58,626 nt of DNA from Candidatus Omnitrophota bacterium (GTDB lineage Bacteria; Omnitrophota; Gorgyraeia; 1-14-0-20-64-10). Location: positions 1 to 58,626 of the forward strand of contig JACOVG010000032.1 in NCBI GenBank assembly GCA_016177405.1, given 5' to 3'. Both the position numbers and the translations under genes were made by a program. How positions within the stretch are numbered: the stretch's first letter is position 1; each line of letters starts with the position of its first letter. Below are positions 38,698 to 47,795 of the stretch, in pieces. Below the pieces are notes generated by a model. It did not search any database. It was not told where the DNA came from and was given only the letters and a program-made list of their open reading frames with translations.

Positions 38698-40423
38698 TTC
38701 GCCTTCGCTTCCCGGCAATCCAGGCCATGAGGGGGCCCGGCTCCAGGGTATTCAAGAGAACCCTCTTGGACACCCAGGCCCGGCGGGCGATCGAAAGACC
38801 GGTCTCGATCCCTTGAAGCTGATCCAGGGAATGGGTATCTGTGGACAAAACGAGCATCGCCCCGGCCTCCTGGGCTCTCCGGGCCTCCAGGTCGTTCAAG
38901 TCCATCCGCTGGCTCGCGCAATTGATCTCAAGCGCCGTGGGCCCCTGGCAGGCGGCGCGAATCACCTCCTCGAAATCCCACTCCACAGGATCCCGCACGC
39001 CGCGCAAGCGGGTGGTGGGATGCGCCAGGATGCTCACGTAGGGACTGCGCAGGGCCCGGATCACCCGCCGGGTCATCACCGCCTTGGACTGGCGGAAGGA
39101 CGAGTGGACCGCGGCAATCACGCAATCGAGCTTCTGGAGCACCTCATCCGGGTAGTCCAGACGGCCGTCCGGGAGGATATCCACCTCCGCCCCCATCAAG
39201 ATTCGGAAAGGGGCCAGGCGCTTGTTCAGCCTCCTGACCTCTTCCCGTTCCTTAAACAGCTCCGGCACCGACAACCCCCCGGCTATCCGGAGAGACCTCG
39301 AGTGATCCGAAAGGACCATGTATTGGTGGCCGCGGGCCCGGGCGGCCCGGGCGACCTCTTCGATCGGGTGGTGGCCGTCGGACCAATCGGAATGGATGTG
39401 GAAATCCCCTTTCAGATCCTTCCTCTCAACAAGTTTTGGCAGTTTGCCGTTTCTGGCGGCGTCCGTCTCGCCGGCGTCTTCCCGAAGCTCCGGCGGTATC
39501 CACGCCAGCCCCAGCGCCCGGTAAACATCCTCCTCCTCGCGGCCTGCGACCTTGCGCCCGCCCTTAATCTTGAAAACCCCATATTCGTTGACCGTCAGTC
39601 CCATCCGGTTGGCCAGGCCTCGGATGGCGATGTTGTGCTCCTTGGATCCGGTGAAGTAGACCAGGGCCGCCCCATAGGAATCCGGTTCCACCACCCGAAG
39701 GTCCACCTGAACCCCTTGGGCCGTCCGGATGCTCGATTTGGTCAGACCGCGGGCTTGGATTTGCGCGGCCAGGGGCAGCTTCACAAACCACTCCATCACC
39801 CGGGCCGGATGAGTGGAGGCGATCAGAAGGTCCAGATCGCGGATCGTCTCCTTTCGACGCCTCAGGGAACCGGCCACGCAGATCCGCTCGATCTCCCGGC
39901 AGCCCTTCAGGCGCTTAAGGACCTCCTCCGAGAGGGCCAGGGCCTCGGCCAGGGGCATTTGCCCCTGACCCGTTTTGAGCAGCCTGATCCCCCGAAGAAT
40001 GTTCTCCTCCTTCTTCTCCCGAAAGCCAGGCAGGGTGCGCAGCTTACCTGCCTTTACGAGGTTCGCGAGCTGCGCGACCGATTTCACCCTGAACCGGTCG
40101 TAGAGCAGTTTGGCCGTCTTGGGACCTACGCCGGCAATCGAGAGGAGATCCGCCAAGCCGGGAGGGATCTTCCGGGTGAGCTCATCGAGATACTGGAGGC
40201 GTCCGGTTTCTATGATTTCCTGGGCCTTGAGGGCCAGATCCTCGCCAATCCCCGGAATCTCGCGCAGGGCGCCCCGCTGGGCGACCGCCTCAATGGGCTC
40301 GGTGAGCGAGCGTAAGTTCAGGGCCGCCCGGCGGTAGGCCCGGATGCGGAAGGGATTTGCCCCTTTGAGCTCCAGCAGGTCGGCGATCCGCTCAAAGGTG
40401 TCGGCGATGGGCAGTTGCTTCAA
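38681..40423 (-). CDS. polX: DNA polymerase X / PHP 3'-5' exonuclease
   Basis: NPFRIRAY, HhH motifs, GSLRR..DLD, VDLR, YFTGSKEHN, PHP HIHSDWSDG/SDHS/DTH; start TTG 40423 (ORF track 40447). Confidence 0.93.
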   Translation of the reverse strand: MKQLPIADTFERIADLLELKGANPFRIRAYRRAALNLRSLTEPIEAVAQRGALREIPGIGEDLALKAQEIIETGRLQYLDELTRKIPPGLADLLSIAGVGPKTAKLLYDRFRVKSVAQLANLVKAGKLRTLPGFREKKEENILRGIRLLKTGQGQMPLAEALALSEEVLKRLKGCREIERICVAGSLRRRKETIRDLDLLIASTHPARVMEWFVKLPLAAQIQARGLTKSSIRTAQGVQVDLRVVEPDSYGAALVYFTGSKEHNIAIRGLANRMGLTVNEYGVFKIKGGRKVAGREEEDVYRALGLAWIPPELREDAGETDAARNGKLPKLVERKDLKGDFHIHSDWSDGHHPIEEVARAARARGHQYMVLSDHSRSLRIAGGLSVPELFKEREEVRRLNKRLAPFRILMGAEVDILPDGRLDYPDEVLQKLDCVIAAVHSSFRQSKAVMTRRVIRALRSPYVSILAHPTTRLRGVRDPVEWDFEEVIRAACQGPTALEINCASQRMDLNDLEARRAQEAGAMLVLSTDTHSLDQLQGIETGLSIARRAWVSKRVLLNTLEPGPLMAWIAGKRRRNAAPG

Positions 40424-41198
40424 CCTTGTCTCCGACGCGAAGCCCAAACCGTTTGGCCGCGGAGCCGCGGTTTATGGCAATCTCCAGAAATCCTCTGCTG
40501 CCGATCACTGCCAGGGCCGCGCCCCTGGGAACCGCGCCGTAAGAAGGCTGAAGGCCGTGCGCCCGCGCCCCCTTGGCCCGGATCTTGAGGCTCCCCTTCC
40601 CTTCCAGCCGCCGGATCAAAGAAACCGGAAGGTTGGTGACGGCGCTTCCAAAACGGTCCAGATAGATCACCTCACCCTTCAAGCGCCTTAAACCCTCCCA
40701 CCGGGGTTGGGGACTGTCCAGCCGGACAATGCGCCTCACGCGGGGCCCCAACCGGCTGGGGGCAAGCCCTTTGGAAAGGTGGGCCGCCGCCGGAGCGAAG
40801 ATGTCCCTCCCCTGAAAGGTTCGGCCGATCGGTTTTAAGGCGTAGCGGCGATTGGAGACCTCGAAGATCTTGGGGTCACGGACGTCCGACAAGATGCCGC
40901 TTAAAAGTCCGTTGTCCGGCGCCAGAAAAAGGTGGCCGCCGTGGGCCGCGCACAAGATCTTCCTTCGGGAACCCACCCCCGGATCCACTACCGCCGCATG
41001 AATGGTCCCCTTGGGAAAGTACCGCCAGCTCCACCGGAGGAGCCAGGCGGCCCGCCGCACATCACCGGGGGAAACCTCGTGGCTAAGATCAATCACCCGG
41101 GCCTTGGGATTCAAGCCGAGAATGACCCCCTTCATCACGCCCACATACTCATCCTTCAGCCCGAAATCGGTCAGCAGGGTGATCGGGCGGAATTTCAC
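40392..41198 (-). CDS. SAM hydroxide adenosyltransferase / chlorinase-fluorinase family (DUF62)
   Basis: LLTDFG..YVGVMKG, VVDPGVG, APDNG, TFQGRDIFAP, DRFG. Confidence 0.88.
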   Translation of the reverse strand: MKFRPITLLTDFGLKDEYVGVMKGVILGLNPKARVIDLSHEVSPGDVRRAAWLLRWSWRYFPKGTIHAAVVDPGVGSRRKILCAAHGGHLFLAPDNGLLSGILSDVRDPKIFEVSNRRYALKPIGRTFQGRDIFAPAAAHLSKGLAPSRLGPRVRRIVRLDSPQPRWEGLRRLKGEVIYLDRFGSAVTNLPVSLIRRLEGKGSLKIRAKGARAHGLQPSYGAVPRGAALAVIGSRGFLEIAINRGSAAKRFGLRVGDKVEATAHRRHL

Positions 41199-41201
41199 AG
41201 C

Positions 41202-42314
41202 CTAGAGGGTTCGGCTTAGGGGGGTGTAGGTGAGATTCAGGGCCTGGGCCAGGGACCGGTAGGTGACCTTGCCGTGGATCACGTTGACCCCTCGCGCCAG
41301 CAAGGGATTCTCCTTCAGGGCGCGGGGGATCCCGTGGTTGGCCATCTCCAGGACAAAGGGCAGGGTGGCATTGGTCAAGCCGTAGGTGGAGGTGATTGGA
41401 ACCGCCCCGGGGATATTGGTCACGCAGTAATGAACGATGCCTTCCTCCACATAGACCGGCTTGGCGTGGGTGGTGGGCCGGGAGGTCTCGGCGCATCCGC
41501 CCTGGTCAATGGCCACGTCCACGATCACGGAGCCGGGCTTCATCTTCTTCAGCATCCAGCGGGGGATGAGGATGGGGGAACGCGCGCCGCGAATCAAGGC
41601 GCAGCAAAAAACCAGGTCCGCCTGGATGATCCTCTCGGCGATGTTGTGCTCGTGCGACATCAGAAACGACACGTTCTTGGGCATGATGTCTTCCAGGTAG
41701 CGCAGGCGGTCCAGATCAACGTCCATCACGGTCACCTCGCCGCCAAAACCGGCCGCCACCTTGGCCGCGTTGGCGCCGACCACCCCGCCGCCCAAGATCA
41801 GGATGTTGGCGGGCGCCACGCCGGGAATCCCGCCCAGCAGGATTCCCTTGCCCTTCGTGGGCTTTTCCAGGTACTTGGCTCCTTCCTGCACCGCCATCCT
41901 GCCGGCCACCTCGCTCATGGGAATCAGGATCGGAAGTCTCCCCTGGGCATCCTCGACCGTCTCATAGGCGACACAGGTCACCTTGCGCTTCATCATGGCC
42001 TGGGCAAGACCGGTGTTGGCCGCGAAATGAAAAAAGGTGAAGACGATCTGCCTGGACTTCAGCAGGGGATACTCCCGGGGCAACGGCTCCTTGACCTTGA
42101 GGACCAGGCGGGCTTCCTTAAAGACTTGCTGAGGCGAGCGGACGATCTTGGCGCCGGCTTGTGCGTAGGCCCGGTCTGAAATGTTGGATCCTTCCCCCGC
42201 TCCGCTTTCGACCAACACGGTGTGCCCCGCCCGGGTGAGGCTGGCCACCCCCGCCGGTACCGCCGCTACCCGGTACTCATCCTCCTTGATCTCCTTCGGA
42301 ACCCCGACAATCAC
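41202..42314 (-). CDS. ald: alanine dehydrogenase
   Basis: VGVPKEIKEDEYRV, KVKEP, PMSEVAGR, GGGVVG, DVAIDQGGC; start GTG 42314 overlaps the upstream stop. Confidence 0.94.
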   Translation of the reverse strand: MIVGVPKEIKEDEYRVAAVPAGVASLTRAGHTVLVESGAGEGSNISDRAYAQAGAKIVRSPQQVFKEARLVLKVKEPLPREYPLLKSRQIVFTFFHFAANTGLAQAMMKRKVTCVAYETVEDAQGRLPILIPMSEVAGRMAVQEGAKYLEKPTKGKGILLGGIPGVAPANILILGGGVVGANAAKVAAGFGGEVTVMDVDLDRLRYLEDIMPKNVSFLMSHEHNIAERIIQADLVFCCALIRGARSPILIPRWMLKKMKPGSVIVDVAIDQGGCAETSRPTTHAKPVYVEEGIVHYCVTNIPGAVPITSTYGLTNATLPFVLEMANHGIPRALKENPLLARGVNVIHGKVTYRSLAQALNLTYTPLSRTL

Positions 42315-42667
42315 GAGGAGAGCATCCTTTCCAGGACAAACTGGGCGATGCGGCGACGGTCGGTGGGCTTGATCCGGGAGAAAAAGACAGCCGTCAAATA
42401 AGAGCGGCAAGAGGCCGCCCGAGCAGAACGGTCTTTCCTCACGACGACCCCCGCGCACCGGATGGCCACGGGGGATCGGCCATTCCCAGCCCGCGGCAGG
42501 ACAAAGGAGACGTTGAGCCGGGTCAGCAAGGGCAGTGACTTGCTTATCCTGAACAGGGCTCCTCCACAGCTTAAGTTCCGGGTTTCCGCGGTGAGGACCC
42601 CTCTGCCTGCTTTGACCTGGCAGAGGAGAGCTTCGGCAACGCGGGGGTATTTACGCCGCTCCATCAT
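42311..42667 (-). CDS. PilZ domain protein
   Basis: ERRKYPR, NLSCGG. Confidence 0.82.
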   Translation of the reverse strand: MMERRKYPRVAEALLCQVKAGRGVLTAETRNLSCGGALFRISKSLPLLTRLNVSFVLPRAGNGRSPVAIRCAGVVVRKDRSARAASCRSYLTAVFFSRIKPTDRRRIAQFVLERMLSS

Positions 42668-43464
42668 GAAAGGTGCCGGTCGAAGAAGCTTAACACGCGC
42701 TTCGCGTACCTCTCTCGCTCCAGGTAGAAAGCCCCAACATGCTCCGCTTCCGGGACCAACCAAAATTCCTTGGCCTGGCCGGCCAGCTTAAAAAGCTTGG
42801 CGGCCTGGCCAGGGGCTATGGAGATGTCGCGCCCCCCGTGAATGATGAGAATGGGCCTTGGGGCGATGGCGCCGATCGCGCCGGCGGGGCTCAACTCCTT
42901 GAGACGGCAACCCAGCCGCAGCTCGACCCCCCAGAGAACCATCTGCCCCAGAGGCCACCGAAGGATATGATACGTCAACCGCTGGGCCCTCGCAATGGCG
43001 TGGCTTAAGTCGGCGTAAGCCGAGTCGGTGACCACCGCCTTCACCTGGGGACAGCGGGCCGCCGCCAGGATGGCGATCGCCCCGCCCATGGAGATTCCGT
43101 AGAAACCCACCGGCAGATCCGCCAGGTCAGGTCTCCCGGCAAGGAAAACCAGCAGCGTTTTAAGATCGTCCACCTCCTTCTTTCCGAAGGAAATGGTTTC
43201 TCCCCCCGAGGCCCCGTGGGCCCTAAAATCCATCAGAACCAGATGATAAGACCCCCGGGCATGGAAAACGCAAGCGGTATCCAGCAAGTCCGCCTTGGAG
43301 GTGCCGAATCCGTGTAAAAGAATCAGGATCCCCTTGGGCGCCGGATGAGGAATAAGCCATCCCACCAGGGGAATACCATCCGGGGCGTTCACCTGAAGGG
43401 GTTGCCAGGACAGGCCTATCTCATCGGGGGTGGCGGGAGGATTAAAACGCTCCTGGTGAACCAC
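42664..43464 (-). CDS. alpha/beta hydrolase (true start probably further upstream)
   Basis: LHGFG, DFRAHGASGG, GISMG nucleophile, IHGGRD, AEH. Confidence 0.85.
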   Translation of the reverse strand: MVHQERFNPPATPDEIGLSWQPLQVNAPDGIPLVGWLIPHPAPKGILILLHGFGTSKADLLDTACVFHARGSYHLVLMDFRAHGASGGETISFGKKEVDDLKTLLVFLAGRPDLADLPVGFYGISMGGAIAILAAARCPQVKAVVTDSAYADLSHAIARAQRLTYHILRWPLGQMVLWGVELRLGCRLKELSPAGAIGAIAPRPILIIHGGRDISIAPGQAAKLFKLAGQAKEFWLVPEAEHVGAFYLERERYAKRVLSFFDRHLS

Positions 43465-43529
43465 CCGGGATGAGCCCAGAAGGCACCAGCCCGCCAGGAG
43501 AAGAAAAACAAAAAGAAGGATGGCTGCCC

Positions 43530-43892
43530 TTAGGCGCTCTTGGGCTTGCCCCCGAGCCAGTGCGCGTAGACGAAATCAAGAAGGCGCGCCAAATCGAGCG
43601 GCTTGATGGAAAGAAATTTGAGGCCGGCGCCGGTTTTTTCCCGCTGCGCGTCGGATTCAGACCAGGTCACCTCGGCCGTGGCGAAGATCGGGATGTTGTC
43701 CCCTGGCACCTTCATCGTCAGCTCCACATGCTCGCCCCGCCTCACCGGATGGACCAGCGACATTCCAACCCCCTGCCGGCAAAAATCCCTCACCTCACCC
43801 TGGCCCGCCGCCATGGAGGGACCCTTGGCCCAGTATTCCGCCATGAGCTCCGTGGCGAACCGCTTGAATTTACGCCTCTCCCTGATCGTCAT
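43530..43892 (-). CDS. PilZ domain protein
   Basis: ERRKFKR, DFCRQG, GLKF. Confidence 0.8.
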   Translation of the reverse strand: MTIRERRKFKRFATELMAEYWAKGPSMAAGQGEVRDFCRQGVGMSLVHPVRRGEHVELTMKVPGDNIPIFATAEVTWSESDAQREKTGAGLKFLSIKPLDLARLLDFVYAHWLGGKPKSA

Positions 43893-43910
43893 CTACGCGG
43901 TCCTCCTTCC

Positions 43911-46016
43911 CTAATGGCCCACCGCTTCGCGGCCCAGCAACTCGGAAACATCCACCGGGCGATTCGAGATTAACCCCTTCTGGTATGCCCTGAAGAAAGC
44001 CGCCACCACGGATGGGTCAAATTGGGTGCCGGAGCAGGCGGAGATCTCCCTAAGAGCCGCCTCATCGGACAGGCGTCTTCGGTAGGGGCGATCGGTGGTC
44101 ATGGCATCGAACGTGTCGGTCACGGCGATGATCCTGGCCATGACGGGAACCTCGCTTCCCCGCAAACGGTCGGGATAGCCCTTGCCGTCAAAACGCTCCT
44201 GGTGGGCCTTCACCGCCTTGGCCACCTCCTCCATCCCCTTGATGGGCTGCAGGATGATCGCCCCGATGATCGGGTGCTCCTGCATCTTGCGCGTTTCGGT
44301 GGGGGTAAGCTTCCCCTTCTTCCGGAGGATCTCATCCGAAACCCCGATCTTGCCGATGTCGTGTAGAAGCGCGGCGATATTGAGCATCTCCTTGAAGCGG
44401 GGGATGGCCGCGATTTCGGGATTCGGCCCCATCTCATCGGCCACCGCCATGGCATACGAGGTGCACCGCTCGGTGTGGCCATGGGTGTAAGGATCTCGGG
44501 CATCCACCGCGGCCGCCAGGGCGATGGCCGTGTGGATGAAGAGGCGGTGCTCCCTCTGGTAAAGATCCTCAATCTGGTGCATCCGGTGGAAGAGCTGCTC
44601 GTAGAGCTGGGCGTTCTCCAGGGCAATCGCCCCCTCGTTGGCCAGCGTGGAAAGGAGATCCACATCCTCCTGGGTGTAGACTTTCCCGGAAAGCTTCTCC
44701 CCCAGCACCAGGAACCCCATCATCCGATCCTTGCTGAAGGCCGGCACGCACAGCTCCGCCTTCAGCCGGACCATCTCGGCCTGAATCTGGGCCAGCGTCC
44801 GGCGCAGAACCAGCCGGTTGTCCGGGAAGAGGGTGTCGCTCTTCAGCCAGTGCTCCACCTCATCGGCCGACAGAGGCTCCTTCTTCTCCTCAAGCCAGGC
44901 CACCAGGGGATTGTCCCGGTCCATCTGAAGGGGGAAGGGAAGCTTGGCTCTTCCCCGCGTGACCTTGAGGGTGTAGTGGTCGCCGGCGCGGTGCAGGATC
45001 GCCACATGGGTCACCCGGACGCGCATCCCGATGAAGTGGGCCATCAACTGAAGGAGGCGCTCGACCGACGTCACCTTGCTCATCCCCTTGGAGGCCTCTT
45101 TGAGGGTCTTCTGCCACTCGTATTTCCTCTGGAAAAGGAGCCGGTCGGTCAGGCGGGTGAGCCACGTGTCCAGGGGCCTGACCAGCCCCGTCACAATGCT
45201 CAACGCCACGACGCACATCCAAAGGACCCGCTTGTCCAGCGACTGCGGCCCGTAAAAAAGGAGCTGGCCCAAGAAGACCACCACCACCACGAACAGCCCC
45301 ACCAGGATCGAGTAGAGACTGGTGTAGATCAGGGTGTTCTTCACCACAATCGAAACATCCATCAGCCGCCAGCGCACGATGGCGTAGCCGATCAAGGCGT
45401 AAAAAACCAGAAGCCCCTGCCCCACCGGCGCCATCGGAATGCCGACCGCCAGGGGCATCATGGACAGGAAGGAGGCCAGCCCGATGAGCGAAGCCAAAAC
45501 CACGTAGAGAAGCTGGTTGCGCTTGTACCCCACCTGCGTCCGGTACTCCTTCAACAGCAGACCGATCGCGTAGAGGAAAAGCCCGGCAAACCAGAGGGCG
45601 AAGAAGCCGTAGAAAGGCCCGGCCACCCCATAGAAGCGAAAGGGCGGCTCGGTTTGAAGATCCCGGATCATCAAGGGGGTCAGCGACAGCAAGACCATGA
45701 GGCCCGCCGCTCTCTCGTTCCAAGCCAAAACCCCAGGCCGCTTGCCGTGGCCGTTGAGCAAGGCCAGGGTGAACCGAAGGAAAAGAACAGGGATAAGCCC
45801 AAAGATCGCCTGGGCGGTCCTGGCCCACACAAACCCCCAGCCCATCGAGGGCGAAAGAATCATAAAGCCGGTGGCCAAGGCCCACAGGGAGGTCGCCAGC
45901 GACAGGTGCAGCCACGTCTGGTTCATCAGGCCGGCTCGGTTCTTCGCGTAGACGAAGAAACCGACCCCCAGGCTCGTCAGCGCCACCGCGAACAACCCCC
46001 AGTTGCCGAAGGTCAT
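43911..46016 (-). CDS. 7TM (HisKA_7TM-like) - GAF - HD-GYP phosphodiesterase
   Basis: multi-TM N-terminus, GAF (GEKLSG..YT.ED..LL..ALEN), HDIGKI, HQERFDGKGYP. Confidence 0.85.
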   Translation of the reverse strand: MTFGNWGLFAVALTSLGVGFFVYAKNRAGLMNQTWLHLSLATSLWALATGFMILSPSMGWGFVWARTAQAIFGLIPVLFLRFTLALLNGHGKRPGVLAWNERAAGLMVLLSLTPLMIRDLQTEPPFRFYGVAGPFYGFFALWFAGLFLYAIGLLLKEYRTQVGYKRNQLLYVVLASLIGLASFLSMMPLAVGIPMAPVGQGLLVFYALIGYAIVRWRLMDVSIVVKNTLIYTSLYSILVGLFVVVVVFLGQLLFYGPQSLDKRVLWMCVVALSIVTGLVRPLDTWLTRLTDRLLFQRKYEWQKTLKEASKGMSKVTSVERLLQLMAHFIGMRVRVTHVAILHRAGDHYTLKVTRGRAKLPFPLQMDRDNPLVAWLEEKKEPLSADEVEHWLKSDTLFPDNRLVLRRTLAQIQAEMVRLKAELCVPAFSKDRMMGFLVLGEKLSGKVYTQEDVDLLSTLANEGAIALENAQLYEQLFHRMHQIEDLYQREHRLFIHTAIALAAAVDARDPYTHGHTERCTSYAMAVADEMGPNPEIAAIPRFKEMLNIAALLHDIGKIGVSDEILRKKGKLTPTETRKMQEHPIIGAIILQPIKGMEEVAKAVKAHQERFDGKGYPDRLRGSEVPVMARIIAVTDTFDAMTTDRPYRRRLSDEAALREISACSGTQFDPSVVAAFFRAYQKGLISNRPVDVSELLGREAVGH

Positions 46017-46855
46017 GCCTTCCTGGCCTTCTCCTGGAGTTCCAGGGCCGCCTTGCGGATCACCTCACCCAGCCGGGCCAAACCCGCCTGGGTGAAGCTC
46101 TCATTGAAAACCATCTTCACCCCTCGCTCGCTCAAATCGTCCACCTCCACGCTCTGCTTGGCCGGCAGGCCGGGCTTCGAACCATGGATGATCAGCTCCT
46201 TGGGCCTCTCGGGCATCGCCATCGCCTTCAGCACCAGGTCCCCGGCCAACCCCAGCATGGCCAAATCCACCAGGAGGATGTCCGGCTTAAAACTCCTTAT
46301 CTTCTCCTGCGCCTCCTCGGTGGAGGTGGCGCAGGCCACCTCATACTCTCCCCCCGCCTTCTCCGGGCTGCCGAAGAAAACCTCCTTCAGCTGGTAGGTG
46401 TATTCCGAGGGCTCCACAAAGAGGAGCCGGGCCCTGGGTCTTGGCCCTTGATCAAGCCGCGGCACTTCGCGGATGGGCGGCTGGATCTTCGCCCTTCCCT
46501 CCAACGCCTCCTCCACCGTCCGGGTCAGCGCCTCAATCCCGAAGGGCTTGATCAGGAAGCCGTCCACCCCCAGCTTTTCCACGACCTCCCGGAATTGGTC
46601 GTCGTACGCGGTCACCACGATCACCTTGGTGCCGGGGCTCTGGGCATGGATGAATTTGAGGACCTCCACCCCGTTGACCCCCGGCATCTTGAGATCGAGC
46701 AGGACCAGGTCTATGGCATGCTGACGGAGGGCGCGCATCGCGGCCAGGCCATCCAGGGCCGTCAGCATCTCGTAGCCCTTGTTCAGGAAATAGGCGTTCA
46801 GGGCAAAGGCCACCTCCGGCTCATCGTCCACCACCAAAACCCGCTTAGTGGCCAT
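46013..46855 (-). CDS. tandem receiver-domain protein (second REC degenerate)
   Basis: LVVDDE, LLDLKMPGVNG, TAY, KPF; second domain LFVEPS..LVDLAM. Confidence 0.82.
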   Translation of the reverse strand: MATKRVLVVDDEPEVAFALNAYFLNKGYEMLTALDGLAAMRALRQHAIDLVLLDLKMPGVNGVEVLKFIHAQSPGTKVIVVTAYDDQFREVVEKLGVDGFLIKPFGIEALTRTVEEALEGRAKIQPPIREVPRLDQGPRPRARLLFVEPSEYTYQLKEVFFGSPEKAGGEYEVACATSTEEAQEKIRSFKPDILLVDLAMLGLAGDLVLKAMAMPERPKELIIHGSKPGLPAKQSVEVDDLSERGVKMVFNESFTQAGLARLGEVIRKAALELQEKARKA

Positions 46856-47201
46856 TGAGCGCCCTCACCACCTCATCCAGATCCTCCACCTTCACCGGCT
46901 TGTGCAGCACCTTCACCGCCCCCAGCCGCAGGCAGTCGGCCTCCAGGTTCTCCTGGCTGATGCCGGTCACCACCACCGTGGTCAGCCCCGGCATCATCTC
47001 CTTGGCCTTCTCCATGATCTCAAAACCGGAAAGCCCCTTCATCTTAAGGTCCAACAGCATCAGCTCAGGCTTGCAGGCCTTGATCAAGGCCAGCGCCTCG
47101 TGCCCGCCCTTGGCCGTCAGTACCTCGTGCCCCCGGGCCGAGAAATAAAACTCCATTCCCTCCAGGGCATCCGCCTCATCATCCACAATCAGGAGTTTCA
47201 T
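46845..47201 (-). CDS. single-domain response regulator (REC)
   Basis: LIVDDE, LLDLKM, VTG, KPV. Confidence 0.88.
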   Translation of the reverse strand: MKLLIVDDEADALEGMEFYFSARGHEVLTAKGGHEALALIKACKPELMLLDLKMKGLSGFEIMEKAKEMMPGLTTVVVTGISQENLEADCLRLGAVKVLHKPVKVEDLDEVVRALNGH

Positions 47202-47566
47202 CCCAGCACTTCCCGTATCGCCCCCTCCACCACCGATAGCGGCACCGGTTTGGCCAACAGCTTCGCCGCCCCATAACCCTCCACCGCCTGCTCCACCGTG
47301 TCGCCGGTCAGTCCGGTCACCACGATCACCTTGGGCGGCGCCTTCTCCTTCTTCAGCTCATGCAAGAAGGACAGCCCCCCCTGATTCGGCATCCGCAGGT
47401 CCAGCACCACCACCTGGGGCGGCTTGGGGCTCTCCCGAAATTCCTTCAGCCCCTGCTGGCCGTCCATGGCCACCACCACGTGGAATCCCCTGGCCTCCAG
47501 GTAGTAGCGCAGCCCCACCCGGATCTCGGTATCATCGTCCACAATCATCACAATGGGTTTGTTCAC
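47198..47566 (-). CDS. single-domain response regulator (REC)
   Basis: IVDDD, VLDLRMP, VTG, KPV. Confidence 0.88.
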   Translation of the reverse strand: MNKPIVMIVDDDTEIRVGLRYYLEARGFHVVVAMDGQQGLKEFRESPKPPQVVVLDLRMPNQGGLSFLHELKKEKAPPKVIVVTGLTGDTVEQAVEGYGAAKLLAKPVPLSVVEGAIREVLG

Positions 47567-47583
47567 GGCCGGGGGGCATCCAA

Positions 47584-47616
47584 TAAAAAAACGTCTATGG
47601 AAAGCCCATAGACGTT
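47584..47616 (-). terminator. intrinsic terminator inside the REC operon leader
   Basis: AACGTCTATGG-GCTTT-CCATAGACGTT followed by a T run on the - strand. Confidence 0.75.
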
Positions 47617-47753
47617 AATCCCCTCGCTTGCTCGGGGAGTTACAAAACCAACGCGGCTTGCTCCGCTTTTTTCATCATACCTGCTTGAGCGATCCGACGA
47701 TCCCTCCATCGGACCACCTCCTTCCTCTAAAATAGAGGAATGATGGCACGATC

Positions 47754-47782
47754 ACTATAGAATCCCCCGCCCCAAAAGTCAA
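47754..47782 (-). promoter_or_regulatory. sigma70 promoter of the REC/HD-GYP operon
   Basis: TTGACT-17-TATAGT. Confidence 0.65.
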
Positions 47783-47795
47783 ACGGATTGTGTTC

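Noticed and set aside
40392-41198. Halogenase (fluorinase/chlorinase) biosynthetic cluster
   Set aside because: No secondary-metabolite genes nearby; most DUF62 proteins are SAM hydrolases, and specificity cannot be read from the sequence here
44475-46397. Long antisense ORFs (e.g. 44475-46397, 38663-40315, 3361-4950, 11367-12944)
   Set aside because: Shadow frames of well-supported genes in high-GC DNA, with no motifs
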